From the NCBI GenBank assembly GCA_043804895.1, contig JAZDIN010000025.1, forward strand, positions 32,001-96,000: 64,000 nucleotides of DNA, given 5' to 3'. The translations under genes were made by a program, and so were the position numbers. The notes under the pieces were generated by a model. That model was not told the DNA's origin and made no database searches. It saw only the letters and a program-made list of their open reading frames with translations. Below, piece after piece: positions 39,336 to 49,318 of the stretch. Every line of letters starts with the position of its first letter. Within the stretch, counting starts at the first letter, position 1. This stretch comes from Candidatus Altiarchaeota archaeon (GTDB lineage: Archaea > Altiarchaeota > Altiarchaeia > IMC4 > SCGC-AAA252-I15).

Positions 39336-40400
39336 GTGTCCAAAACGAGTCTAATACGTCGGATAACGCGGTTTATGGTGAATCTAAGGTATGTGCTGAA
39401 GGTTTGCAAGCCGCGACTCTATTTACGTCTGATAAAAACTTACATACTCATAGCCTTCGGCGCAAGACCGCTGCGTTACGTTGACTTCGCTCTTGATTAC
39501 CGCTGCAACCTGAAGTGCGAGCACTGTTTCGCCACCGTATTGGAGAAGCCCAAGGGCGCTCGGAAGATGACACTCGAAGACTATCGCAGGGTCGCTGACG
39601 AGTGCATGAGTGAAGGGGCGATACAGTTCTCATTCCAAGGCGGCGAACCCCTCCTAATCAACAACCTGGCCGAAATAATAGCATGCTTCAAACCAGACTG
39701 GAACCTAATCTCTGTGACAACGAACGGAACACTCCTCAACGAGGATAGGCTAAAATACCTCAAGAAGGCAGGAGTCGACATACTGACTGTGAGCCTCGAC
39801 AGCGGCATACCCGATGAGCACGACTCATTCAGAGGCCTCAAAGGAGCATTCGACAAGACTGTCTCAGGCATAGAGCTAGCATTGAAATCAGGCTTGAAAG
39901 TAACTGTCGGGACAGTGGTCTCTCACAGCAACCTCCGCTCCGATGGACTTAGGAAGCTATTAGAATGGGCTAAGGGCAGGAAACTCCTAGTGACACTCGC
40001 ACTGGCCGTTCCAGCGGGACGGTGGCTTGACAACAAGGGCATACTCCTGACAGAGCAGGACATGACATATGTCCATAAGCTTTCGTCAGAAAGCCAGTTC
40101 ATAACAACGGATATCGAAGCAAATTTCATATCATACGGGTGCGGGGCAGGGAAGGAGATACTTTACATCACCCCCTATGGTGATGTGTTCGTATGCCCGT
40201 TCATACACATAAGATTCGGCAACGTGTTCGAGGAGAGCATAAAGGCCATACGTGCAAGGGCGCTTAGGAACAAGTATCTAGACCACTACCACGACAAATG
40301 TCTCGCAGCACAGGACAGGGAATTCATCGAGAAATACCTCTCCAAGACGTTCGGACAAAAACAACTACCACTAGACTACAAAGAAGTCTTCAGTGATTAA
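39336..40400 (+). CDS. Radical SAM protein with C-terminal SPASM/twitch-like domain
   Basis: CNLKCEHC, GGEPL and C-terminal CGAG...ITPYGDVFVCPF...C. Confidence 0.85.
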   Translation: MSKTSLIRRITRFMVNLRYVLKVCKPRLYLRLIKTYILIAFGARPLRYVDFALDYRCNLKCEHCFATVLEKPKGARKMTLEDYRRVADECMSEGAIQFSFQGGEPLLINNLAEIIACFKPDWNLISVTTNGTLLNEDRLKYLKKAGVDILTVSLDSGIPDEHDSFRGLKGAFDKTVSGIELALKSGLKVTVGTVVSHSNLRSDGLRKLLEWAKGRKLLVTLALAVPAGRWLDNKGILLTEQDMTYVHKLSSESQFITTDIEANFISYGCGAGKEILYITPYGDVFVCPFIHIRFGNVFEESIKAIRARALRNKYLDHYHDKCLAAQDREFIEKYLSKTFGQKQLPLDYKEVFSD

Positions 40401-40401
40401 C

Positions 40402-41379
40402 ATGGCAAAGGTCTTCGTCACAGGCGCTTCAGGGTTCATCGGCTCAAACCTTGTTCGTAGGCTTGTTGAAGACGGCCATGACGTCTCTGCCATGATGAAT
40501 AGGCACCCCTACCATCCACTTCTTGAAGGCGTAAAGTTCGAACGCGTTGTCGGAAACCTAACTGAGCCGACCTCCTTCAGGGAGGCTCTTGCAGGATGCG
40601 ACACCGTCTACCACTGCGCTGCGTTGATAACGTTCCGCGGAGGCTACAATGAACCCTACAAGGTCAACGTCGAGGGGACCCGTAATATCCTGGATGTTTC
40701 ATTGGGTGCTAGAGTAAGGAGGTTCGTGTTCACCAGCGCATGCGTCACCCTAGGCATATCAAAGTCGCCGGATGTCGTGCTTGACGAGTCCTCCAAATTT
40801 GCGCCGCCGAAGTCCTGGGTCTACGCTAACACGAAGCACTTGGCTGAAGAGATGGTGATGTCCTACTCAAAGAAAGGAATGGATACAGTCTCTTTGAACC
40901 CTTCCACAGTATACGGTGCCGGAGACCATTCCCTAAACAGCGGGTTCACAATAAAGAAGGTTGCTGAAGGTAAGGCAATTTTCGCACCACCAGGCGGAAC
41001 AAGCTATGTCTCAGTCAACGACGTCGTAGATGCTCACATCCTAGCCATGAACAAGGGAGTGTCTGGTGAGCGTTACATAATCTCAAGAGAGAACCTCACA
41101 TATAAAGAACTCTTCAACCGTATAGCCGACGCAGTCAAATCCACCCGGGTTAAGTATGTGTTGCCAAAAATACTACGATATCCTGCATACTATCCCATGG
41201 TTGCTATTGAACAACTCATAACTCCCCCAATTCCATCACGCCTAATTGATGAGCTTTTCATCTTCAAATACTATAACAACCAAAAGGCCGTCCGTGAGCT
41301 TGTTTGGGCTCCAAAAGAGGATTTAGGCGCAGCAGTGCTTGAAGCCGTAGAATATTACAGAAAGTACAATTTGTTTTGA
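40402..41379 (+). CDS. Dihydroflavonol-reductase/HpnA-like SDR
   Basis: VTGASGFIG, YHCAA, YANTK, VNDVVDAH and GVSGERYI. Confidence 0.82.
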   Translation: MAKVFVTGASGFIGSNLVRRLVEDGHDVSAMMNRHPYHPLLEGVKFERVVGNLTEPTSFREALAGCDTVYHCAALITFRGGYNEPYKVNVEGTRNILDVSLGARVRRFVFTSACVTLGISKSPDVVLDESSKFAPPKSWVYANTKHLAEEMVMSYSKKGMDTVSLNPSTVYGAGDHSLNSGFTIKKVAEGKAIFAPPGGTSYVSVNDVVDAHILAMNKGVSGERYIISRENLTYKELFNRIADAVKSTRVKYVLPKILRYPAYYPMVAIEQLITPPIPSRLIDELFIFKYYNNQKAVRELVWAPKEDLGAAVLEAVEYYRKYNLF

Positions 41380-41401
41380 CTGATTGAAATGGGGTGTTGG
41401 T

Positions 41402-42799
41402 ATGTCTCTTAGGATATGTCTGGTGATGCCGAAGATAGATGACAACAACTTGACTCCGCCCCTTGGTCTCCTGTACATAGCCGCTGTGTTGGAAAAGGAA
41501 GGCCACACGGTAAAATACTTCGACGCCAGGATAGAAGGCGACGTCATAGGTAAGCTAAAGGAATTCAGGCCTGATGTCCTCGGCGTTACAGCAGTCACTC
41601 CGTCTTTTCTTTCAGCTGTGGAGATAGCGGAAAACGCAAAGAAGGCACTGCCAAAATTAAAGGTAGTGTTTGGCGGGCCGCATCCCTCAGCCCTACCTAA
41701 GGAGACCCTTGAATCTGGGCCGGTAGACTTTGTTGTGATAGGCGAGGGGGAGTATCCGATGCGGGATCTCTGCAGGCTACTTGGGGAGGGCGAGGATCCT
41801 TCAACGGTCGCGAATCTAGCCTACATGAAAGACAGAAGATACGTGCGAAACGCCAGAGTCAGAATACTCACCGAGGAGGAGTTGAATTCGCTACCCTTTC
41901 CAGCACTACACCTGCTTGATGTTGAGAGATACTTCACAGTGGACAAGTCGTATGGCGTGTTCCTCAAAGACCGCCGCAACCTGCCGATCATATCGAGCCG
42001 CGGATGCCCTAGTTCATGCACCTACTGTAGCAGGATGATGGGAGCAAAGTTCAGGGGTCGCACTCCAGAGAGCGTATTAGCTGAGATGGAGCATCTAATC
42101 AGGGACTTCAATGTGGGGGAAATACACATAGTCGATGACAATTTCACCCATGACCGTTCGAGGGCGATGAGGATACTAGATGGCATAATAGAGAGGAAAT
42201 TCAACATAGCAATAAAGTTCCCCAATGGTATGCGTGCCGACAGGACCGACCCGGAGCTCTTCATGAAGATGAAGCTGGCCGGGGTGTACTCTATAGGATT
42301 CGGGATAGAATCTGGTTCTCCGAGGATTCTGGAGTTGATGAGAAAAGGTGTAAAAATAGAAAGGGTCGCCCAGGCCATAAGGGATGCGAAGGAAGCCGGC
42401 TTATTGGTCGGGGGGGCTTTCATCATAGGATACCCTGGAGAAAACAAGGAGAGCATACTGGAGACCATAAAATTCGCAACAAGCGTGCCGCTTGACACGG
42501 CAAGCATAGTGACTATTGTCCCGATGCCTGGCACAGAAGTCAGGAGGATATGCGAGGAGGGGGGGTATCTTACCGAAGACGCCAAGGACTGGAGCAAATA
42601 TTTATTCATTAGAAACCGTCCATACAAGCTATTCGAAACAGAGCATCTCAGCTTCGAGGACATAAAGAAATACACTGACTTGTTCCACAAGCGATTCTAT
42701 ATGCGTCCAACATACGTTTTGAGGATGCTTAAGGTGCTGAACATAACCCAGATAATAAGGGGTGTGAAGACCGTATTCTTTCCCTTCCTTGACCATTAA
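41402..42799 (+). CDS. B12-binding radical SAM protein (class B methyltransferase-like)
   Basis: PPLGLLYIAA, GGPHPS, IGEGE, SRGCPSSCTYC and GIESG. Confidence 0.9.
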   Translation: MSLRICLVMPKIDDNNLTPPLGLLYIAAVLEKEGHTVKYFDARIEGDVIGKLKEFRPDVLGVTAVTPSFLSAVEIAENAKKALPKLKVVFGGPHPSALPKETLESGPVDFVVIGEGEYPMRDLCRLLGEGEDPSTVANLAYMKDRRYVRNARVRILTEEELNSLPFPALHLLDVERYFTVDKSYGVFLKDRRNLPIISSRGCPSSCTYCSRMMGAKFRGRTPESVLAEMEHLIRDFNVGEIHIVDDNFTHDRSRAMRILDGIIERKFNIAIKFPNGMRADRTDPELFMKMKLAGVYSIGFGIESGSPRILELMRKGVKIERVAQAIRDAKEAGLLVGGAFIIGYPGENKESILETIKFATSVPLDTASIVTIVPMPGTEVRRICEEGGYLTEDAKDWSKYLFIRNRPYKLFETEHLSFEDIKKYTDLFHKRFYMRPTYVLRMLKVLNITQIIRGVKTVFFPFLDH

Positions 42800-42843
42800 A
42801 CCGGTGCTACTGGAATATTATATGTCAAACAATATGTCTTAAG

Positions 42844-43590
42844 ATGGCAACAGCCGACGACGTAAAGGATGCGAACAGGCGATTTTTCGACTTAGCAGCC
42901 GACGTCTACGAGGGTGTTGACAAACGGCGTGGCGATAAGGTTAGCAGATGGCTTGACGACGGCATAGGTGAGTTGAGTAAGAGAGCTACTGGTGGCGCGT
43001 TACTCGACATCGGATGCGGGACGGGATTTGTGATGCGAAAGTCAAATGGCAAGTTCAACCTCATAGTCGGCGTTGACATAAGCCCGAACATGCTAAAGCA
43101 GACTAATGTCGGTTATCCTGTCTGCGCTGACACCGATTACCTCCCATTCAAGGGCGGAGTCTTCGATGCCGCGGCGTCTGTGGCTGTGCTACATCACATA
43201 CTCGACCACAAGTCTATGTTCCAAGAAGCGCAGAGGGTCCTCAGGAAAGGTGGTGTATTCTACAGCGACCATGACATAGACTCCGAGTTCGTTAAAAAGT
43301 TCGGCTGGCTTGTAAGGTTGAGGCGGAGATTCTGCGACAATAGCATAGCCTATCTCAGGGCTAAAAAAGACCTCACCAAGGAACTGTATGAGAAATCAGA
43401 GATACACCACGACGGAGTTGACTCCCCTCTGCTCAAGACTCAACTCCAAGATGCAGGATTCTCAAAAGTGAAAGTCAGATACCACTGGCTCGGCCTAAAC
43501 ACAGCCCTGAATGTTATACTATCACTTCCCCCCCTCAAATATCTGCCTCACGGATTCGCACCGAACGCATCATTTTGGGCTGTAAAATGA
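42844..43590 (+). CDS. Class I SAM-dependent methyltransferase
   Basis: LDIGCGTG, VDISPNML and VLHH. Confidence 0.88.
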   Translation: MATADDVKDANRRFFDLAADVYEGVDKRRGDKVSRWLDDGIGELSKRATGGALLDIGCGTGFVMRKSNGKFNLIVGVDISPNMLKQTNVGYPVCADTDYLPFKGGVFDAAASVAVLHHILDHKSMFQEAQRVLRKGGVFYSDHDIDSEFVKKFGWLVRLRRRFCDNSIAYLRAKKDLTKELYEKSEIHHDGVDSPLLKTQLQDAGFSKVKVRYHWLGLNTALNVILSLPPLKYLPHGFAPNASFWAVK

Positions 43591-45014
43591 AGATACTCCT
43601 CATTAACCCGCCGAACTACCACATAGCCAAATCCTCCTCAGGCTGGGACATGGAAATAGACAACATCGGACTTTACCCCCCCATCGGCCTCATGTACATC
43701 GCTGCATACATGAGGAAGAACACAGACTATGAAATCAGGATTCTTGACACGCTAGTTGACAGATTAAGCTACGATGAGATAGGCGAACACGCCAGAAAAT
43801 ACAACCCAAACCTTGTGGGAGTAACCTCCTTCACCCTAACATTCTACGACGTTATGGAAACCATCAAATCCGTACGGAAGGCCTGCCCGGGGGCGCACAT
43901 AAACGTCGGAGGCCCACACACTTTCCTCTGGTGGGAGGATACGATCAAGAAACCAGAAGTAGATTCAGTGCTCCTGGGTGAAGGTGAAGTTTCCTTCACC
44001 CAGCTTGCAGAAACGCTTGAAAGAAAAGGCGAACTGAAGGGTGTTAAAGGTATTGTACTTAAGGATGGCGACAAAATCATAAAGACCGGGAACGGTGAAC
44101 TAATCAGGAATCTTGATGAACTGCCTTTCCCAGCATTTGATCTGGTCCCGTATAAGAGGTACAACTCCATCAATTCACGCGAAAAATCACTGGCAGTCAT
44201 ATTCAGCTCTAGGGGGTGTCCATTCCAATGCACATACTGCGACAAGACCAACTTCCTCTACAGGGGCAGGAGCGTCGAGAACATACTGGATGAGATGCAA
44301 CAGTACTATTCTGCCGGAATCCGCGAGTTCCTCTTCTTCGACGACCTGTTCAACATAAACCCCAAAAAGGTCATCGACGTCTCGGAGGGGATAATGCGCC
44401 GCGGATTCAAGATACGCTGGACGTTCAGGGCTAGGGTGGACCAGGTCACAGACGAAATGGTGAAGGCAGCGAAAAAATCAGGGTGCACCCTAATATCATT
44501 CGGGGTCGAAGACTGCACAGACGAAGGCCTGCGGATGATAAAAAAGGGGATAACGACAGAGCAGGTACTGGAGGCGGTCGAGACTGCCAAAAAGCATGGC
44601 CTTGAGACGAGCACCAACTGGATTATTGGCCTCCCACGGCACAAGAGCGAGAAGGATGTGATGGAGCTTTTGGATTTCGCGAAGAAGGTCGATTCCACAT
44701 ATGCTGAATTCACCATACTAGTGCCCTATTACGGCACGCAAATATACTGGGAGGGTATAACGAAGGGGGTTATCAAGGCCGGCATATGGGAGGGTTTCGT
44801 TAGGAGTCCACAACCAGACTTCCTCCTGCCCATGTGGGAAGAACACCTAAGTCGTGAAAAACTAAGCGAACTATATCACAAATGCTACAAAGGCTACTAC
44901 TGGAGGTCGAAATACGTGCTAAAAAGCCTCCTTAACACAAAAAACCTCAACGAACTATGCAAGAAAGCAATCGCAGCCATGAAGATACTGGGTGTGGCGT
45001 CAAAGAAAAAATGA
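43587..45014 (+). CDS. B12-binding radical SAM protein (class B methyltransferase-like)
   Basis: KILLINPP, PPIGLMYIAA, GGPH and SRGCPFQCTYC. Confidence 0.9.
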   Translation: MKILLINPPNYHIAKSSSGWDMEIDNIGLYPPIGLMYIAAYMRKNTDYEIRILDTLVDRLSYDEIGEHARKYNPNLVGVTSFTLTFYDVMETIKSVRKACPGAHINVGGPHTFLWWEDTIKKPEVDSVLLGEGEVSFTQLAETLERKGELKGVKGIVLKDGDKIIKTGNGELIRNLDELPFPAFDLVPYKRYNSINSREKSLAVIFSSRGCPFQCTYCDKTNFLYRGRSVENILDEMQQYYSAGIREFLFFDDLFNINPKKVIDVSEGIMRRGFKIRWTFRARVDQVTDEMVKAAKKSGCTLISFGVEDCTDEGLRMIKKGITTEQVLEAVETAKKHGLETSTNWIIGLPRHKSEKDVMELLDFAKKVDSTYAEFTILVPYYGTQIYWEGITKGVIKAGIWEGFVRSPQPDFLLPMWEEHLSREKLSELYHKCYKGYYWRSKYVLKSLLNTKNLNELCKKAIAAMKILGVASKKK

Positions 45015-45964
45015 TAAAGAAAAAATACCTTGCATTAGTGAGCGTAGCACTAATACTCATAATAATCTACTCGAGCAATCCTTCATCTCTGGTCGAGAAT
45101 ATACTTAAGATTAAGGTTGAAGTCCTACCCAAACTTGCCGCCCTCCTTATCATCTCGATTTTCTTGAGGACATTAAAGTGGCAGTTTGTCTTGAACAAAA
45201 CAAAAAGGGTCTCGTTTGCATCGCTCCTCCCCGTTAACCTATCTGGTGTGCTTTTGCGCGATACACTGCCTGCAAAGGTCGGTGAGCCACTTAAGGCGTT
45301 GCTTTTGAAGGATATCTTCAGCATACCAATCTCCAAGGGTATAGTATCTGTGGTGTGGGATCGACTCATTGACTTCATAGCGCTTGCATCGCTTACAGTC
45401 CTGTTTCTCGCATTAACTCTGGGAAATTTTGGAAGTAGCGGTGTCTTAGCAGGGTTGGGTGGAATTGCAATCGTACTTATTGCATGCGTTGTGGCCGTTT
45501 TCGGGCTGATTGATAAGAAAGTCGGAGCCATAGTCATAAAACCCTTCTCAAAAACCCTGTTCTTCAGGAGGTTTCTTACTGTAGATGCGGTGGATTCATT
45601 TTATTCGACCAGCGTAGGATTGACTAATGTTGTAATCAACTACATATTAACTCTTTTTTCAGTATGTGTGGAGGGCCTTATGTTCTATGTTGTGTTATTG
45701 TCGATGGGTGTTAACATTAATCCACTATACGTTGTATCTGCCTTTTCCTTCTCTGTAATCTGTGGTTCTGTCAGTTTCCTCCCAGCAGGCATAGGTTCAC
45801 TTGAGGCGGTCTTCATATTGTCTCTGATGTACGACGGCGTAAACCAAAGTCAGGCTGCTGCTTGCATAATATCTGTCCGGTCATTCAGCATACTATCAAT
45901 GTATCTACTTGGACTTCTATCCTCCACAGTATGTATAAAAAAAGGCTCCAGCTTAGAATCCTAG
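45011..45964 (+). CDS. Lysylphosphatidylglycerol-synthase TM / flippase-like membrane protein
   Basis: LRTLKW, LPAKVGE, DRLID and PAGIGSLE pattern. Confidence 0.8.
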   Translation: MIKKKYLALVSVALILIIIYSSNPSSLVENILKIKVEVLPKLAALLIISIFLRTLKWQFVLNKTKRVSFASLLPVNLSGVLLRDTLPAKVGEPLKALLLKDIFSIPISKGIVSVVWDRLIDFIALASLTVLFLALTLGNFGSSGVLAGLGGIAIVLIACVVAVFGLIDKKVGAIVIKPFSKTLFFRRFLTVDAVDSFYSTSVGLTNVVINYILTLFSVCVEGLMFYVVLLSMGVNINPLYVVSAFSFSVICGSVSFLPAGIGSLEAVFILSLMYDGVNQSQAAACIISVRSFSILSMYLLGLLSSTVCIKKGSSLES

Positions 45965-46945
45965 CTTCTCCTTCAAGATTAAGATAATGCCCTCAACCAT
46001 GCCAACACCCATGGCTAGGCTTCTGTATATCATGAGTGGGAATACTAGGAGTGTCTCAGTTTTTTGAAATTTCTTAGATATTGTTATAGTGTAGTTGAGC
46101 ATGAGCGCCAGGTAGAAGATGAGAAGGAGGATATATGGTGTGGTTAGTTGTGGCTCTACTACTACTGGCAACAGACTTAAAATAAGAACCCACACGAGCG
46201 GCGGTGTTATCATTAGCGTCGGATTCGCCAAGTTGTCTCCTTTGATGCCGTGCGGGTGTTTTATAAGTATCTGGAACCTGGACTTTGAGGTTTGGGATTG
46301 CTGCCTCCAGTATGATTTAAGGCCCGCCCTGTGGTAATGCCAGACCCTTGCTTTAGGGTTGAATTCTATCTTGTAGCCTGCCTCGTTGACCCTGTATCCT
46401 ATGTCTACGTCGTAGCCTGTCCTGAACTGAGTGTCATAGCCCCCAACCTCTTCAAGTACTTTCCTCCTGTATGCTAGGTTGCTGTCCTGCGGCGAGAGGA
46501 TGTATCTTGGGTATCTTGAGTATCTGTATTCCAGCTCGTATCCTATTAGTCTCTGGAGGATGTTCATACCATCCGGCGTTATCACATTCCCCGTGGCTCC
46601 GCCCACCGCGGAATCCTGGAAGGGCTTTAGTATCTCAGTCAGCCAGTCTTTCGCGACGACGCAGTCTGCATTGGTCACCGCAACCAAATCGGACTTAGCG
46701 GCCTTCCACCCGATGTTGATTGCGTTTCCAGCCCCGAGGACGCCACCCCCCTTCAGTATCGTCGTCTCTATCCTAAGGTGTTCCCTCTTGAACTTTCTCA
46801 TAATCTCGAAAGTCTTGTCTGTGCTGCCGTCATCAATCAGAATCAATTCGAACCCATCTGGGAATTCCAACTCGGCTATCGACTTAAGGCACATCTCTAA
46901 TGTGTCTTGCCCGTTCTTGCATGGTATCACAATGCTTGCCTTCAC
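45953..46945 (-). CDS. Glycosyltransferase family 2 with C-terminal TM helices
   Basis: SIVIPCKNG, IDDGSTD, ADC and VGGYD. Confidence 0.88.
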   Translation of the reverse strand: MKASIVIPCKNGQDTLEMCLKSIAELEFPDGFELILIDDGSTDKTFEIMRKFKREHLRIETTILKGGGVLGAGNAINIGWKAAKSDLVAVTNADCVVAKDWLTEILKPFQDSAVGGATGNVITPDGMNILQRLIGYELEYRYSRYPRYILSPQDSNLAYRRKVLEEVGGYDTQFRTGYDVDIGYRVNEAGYKIEFNPKARVWHYHRAGLKSYWRQQSQTSKSRFQILIKHPHGIKGDNLANPTLMITPPLVWVLILSLLPVVVEPQLTTPYILLLIFYLALMLNYTITISKKFQKTETLLVFPLMIYRSLAMGVGMVEGIILILKEKLGF

Positions 46946-47847
46946 TTAAGCTGCCTCCTGATAAGCTGGTCTAAGAGTATGTTCTGGCTTCTTATGGAGT
47001 GTAGTATAAGGCCGATTGCTATGAACTGTATGCCAAGGATTATGAAGGAGAGGGATGCGATTAGGCTGAGCATCATCATCTGGCTGTATGGAGTCGACGT
47101 CAGTGAGAGAATCGATATTATGAGGCCAATTGTGAGGGACACTATCGACAGTATCGAGAACAGGAACATCGGCCTATAGTCCCTCAACAGGGTTATTATC
47201 GTCCATAGTATTATGAAGCCGTCACTGAAGGAGTCGAGCTTGGATTCGCTACCTTTCGGGCGGGACCTGTATCTTATCGGAACCTCCTTTATTCTGAAAT
47301 TCTCTATTAGGGTCCTTATCGTCAGTTCAGTCTCTATCTCAAAGCCACTTGATATAAGGTTAAGGTGTTTGGCAAGGTTCCGGTTCAACACCCTGTATCC
47401 AGAGAGCACGTCCTCAAGTTTCATGCCGAAGGAAGTGTTTATCATGGTGACTATAGCCCAGTTGCCAAAGACATGGAGCCTCTTCATCGAATCCGATTCC
47501 TTGTCCCCAATCCTTGAGCCTACTGTCATGTCACATTCGCCGTCCAAGACTGGCTTTAGAAGATTCTTAACGTCCTCTGCAGGGTACGTGTCGTCCCCGT
47601 CAACAAATACGTAGTAGTCTGCATCGATGTTGTCAAGGGCGGATTTCATCACGAAACCCTTGCCTCTGCGCGTTTCAGTCAGGACCTTGGCCCCGGCTTT
47701 CTTTGCAGCCTCCACAGTCCCATCGGTTGAGTTGTTGTTGTAGACTATTATGTCGGCGTCTGGAATCTCCCTCCTGAAATCCTTCACCACCTTTCCTATA
47801 CTCTTCTCCTCGTTCAAGGCCGGGATTATTACTGCTGTCCTCACCAT
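46942..47847 (-). CDS. Glycosyltransferase family 2 (AglJ/DPM-like) with two C-terminal TMs
   Basis: IPALNEE, GKG, DGDDTY and GFEIETE. Start is ATG 47847. Confidence 0.88.
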   Translation of the reverse strand: MVRTAVIIPALNEEKSIGKVVKDFRREIPDADIIVYNNNSTDGTVEAAKKAGAKVLTETRRGKGFVMKSALDNIDADYYVFVDGDDTYPAEDVKNLLKPVLDGECDMTVGSRIGDKESDSMKRLHVFGNWAIVTMINTSFGMKLEDVLSGYRVLNRNLAKHLNLISSGFEIETELTIRTLIENFRIKEVPIRYRSRPKGSESKLDSFSDGFIILWTIITLLRDYRPMFLFSILSIVSLTIGLIISILSLTSTPYSQMMMLSLIASLSFIILGIQFIAIGLILHSIRSQNILLDQLIRRQLK

Positions 47848-49226
47848 TTTTTCCAAAACATCGCAGGCAACGCATACCTTGCCGCACTCAAAATGTGCTC
47901 CAATTCCCCGGGGTTCCTGAGGGTCCTCAGCATATACTTGGGTCTCAGGTAATAAGACCTGACGCCCCTTTTCGCCCACTCCCTGATTTCCTCGTTGCTC
48001 ATGTGCGGGTAGCTAACTTCGCCGTTTTTTAGGCAGCCTCTTGAATTGAGCTCCGCATACATCGGGGCTGCCTTCGTGATTACTGGTATTGAGTACTGTA
48101 TTGTCTCCACGTCAAGCGAATTAGCCCAATTTACCGTGTTTTTTATCGTCTCCTCCGTCTCTCCTGGCAGTCCGACTACGAAGTCTGCGTGTATCTCAAG
48201 GCCAGCTTTTTTAGCGTCTTTCGTGAACCTCTCCATAGTCTCCCTTGTAATGCCTTTCCTTATGTTTTTCAGTATCGTCGGGTCAGCGGATTCATACCCT
48301 ACATGCAACACCCTACATCCCGCCTTCTTCATCTTCTCCATCGTCTCAAGCTTCAGGTCGCCTTTGGCGTAGCAGCCCCATGTCACATCCAGCTTTTGCC
48401 TTATCACCTCCTCAGAAATCTCATCAGCCCACCATCCTGGCAGCATGTCATCTTGGAAGAACTGCTCCTTAATCTGCGGGAGGTTCTCCTTCACCCATCT
48501 CATCTCCTCCACGACATTGCTGGCGCTCCTGTGCCTGTACACTCCGGCCTCAGTTAGGGTGTTAACCCACAGGCAGAAGGTGCACATACCCCACACGCAC
48601 CCGCGGCCTGTGAACATGTCAATGAACGGGTGCTTTTGCGCCACGACATGGTAGTTCCTGAAGTCCAGGTTCCTGCTGTAGAATTCGGTCACGAATGGGA
48701 AACTGTCTAAGTCTCCCTCAGGAATAGGAGGCCTCGGCTTGTTCTTAACGATTTTTCCGTTCCTCCTCCACATCAACCCCTCGATTTCAGCCGAGTTTTT
48801 GCCTGCAGCCAGGTCCCGTATGGTGTAGTCGAACTCACCGTATGCGACGTAGTCTATCTCATCAGAGGAGTTCATGACAGCGTCCGTGTCAATCGTAACC
48901 CAAGGGCCTGCGTAGACGATTCTCGAGCCAGTCTGCGACTTTATCTCATCGGCCAGTTTGGAGTCGTCTTTGAGGCTTCTCGTCGAACTATACAGTAGCG
49001 TCAAATCAGGCGATAACTTCTTAGCCTTCTCAAGTACCTGTTCAGGCGTCAGGTTCTCTGGTGGGGCGTCGACAAGCTTGACATTATGTCCCTCACGTTC
49101 AAGCAGGGCTCCGCAGTATCCGAGCCATATGGGGTACCATTGCGTGCCTGAGATTGACACTCCTTCACATCGCGCGTTCCGCATGAAATACTTCACGTAC
49201 GGCGGATTCAGTAACAAGACATCCAT
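47841..49226 (-). CDS. HpnJ-like B12-binding radical SAM protein
   Basis: WYPIWL, FPFVTEFY, TGRGCVWGMCTFCLW (CX4CX2C), VGYES and VSYPHMS. Confidence 0.78.
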   Translation of the reverse strand: MDVLLLNPPYVKYFMRNARCEGVSISGTQWYPIWLGYCGALLEREGHNVKLVDAPPENLTPEQVLEKAKKLSPDLTLLYSSTRSLKDDSKLADEIKSQTGSRIVYAGPWVTIDTDAVMNSSDEIDYVAYGEFDYTIRDLAAGKNSAEIEGLMWRRNGKIVKNKPRPPIPEGDLDSFPFVTEFYSRNLDFRNYHVVAQKHPFIDMFTGRGCVWGMCTFCLWVNTLTEAGVYRHRSASNVVEEMRWVKENLPQIKEQFFQDDMLPGWWADEISEEVIRQKLDVTWGCYAKGDLKLETMEKMKKAGCRVLHVGYESADPTILKNIRKGITRETMERFTKDAKKAGLEIHADFVVGLPGETEETIKNTVNWANSLDVETIQYSIPVITKAAPMYAELNSRGCLKNGEVSYPHMSNEEIREWAKRGVRSYYLRPKYMLRTLRNPGELEHILSAARYALPAMFWKKW

Positions 49227-49318
49227 TGCTGTTCATCTCATGTTTGCCAGCATTTATCCCCTACCCTTGCTGTCGTACTCTATGTATGGCTTTATCCCCT
49301 TAAAGCGGTCGCATACTC

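Noticed and set aside
39336-49226. True hopanoid biosynthesis cluster
   Set aside because: No squalene synthase or squalene-hopene cyclase in the window; only sugar-modifying homologs are present.
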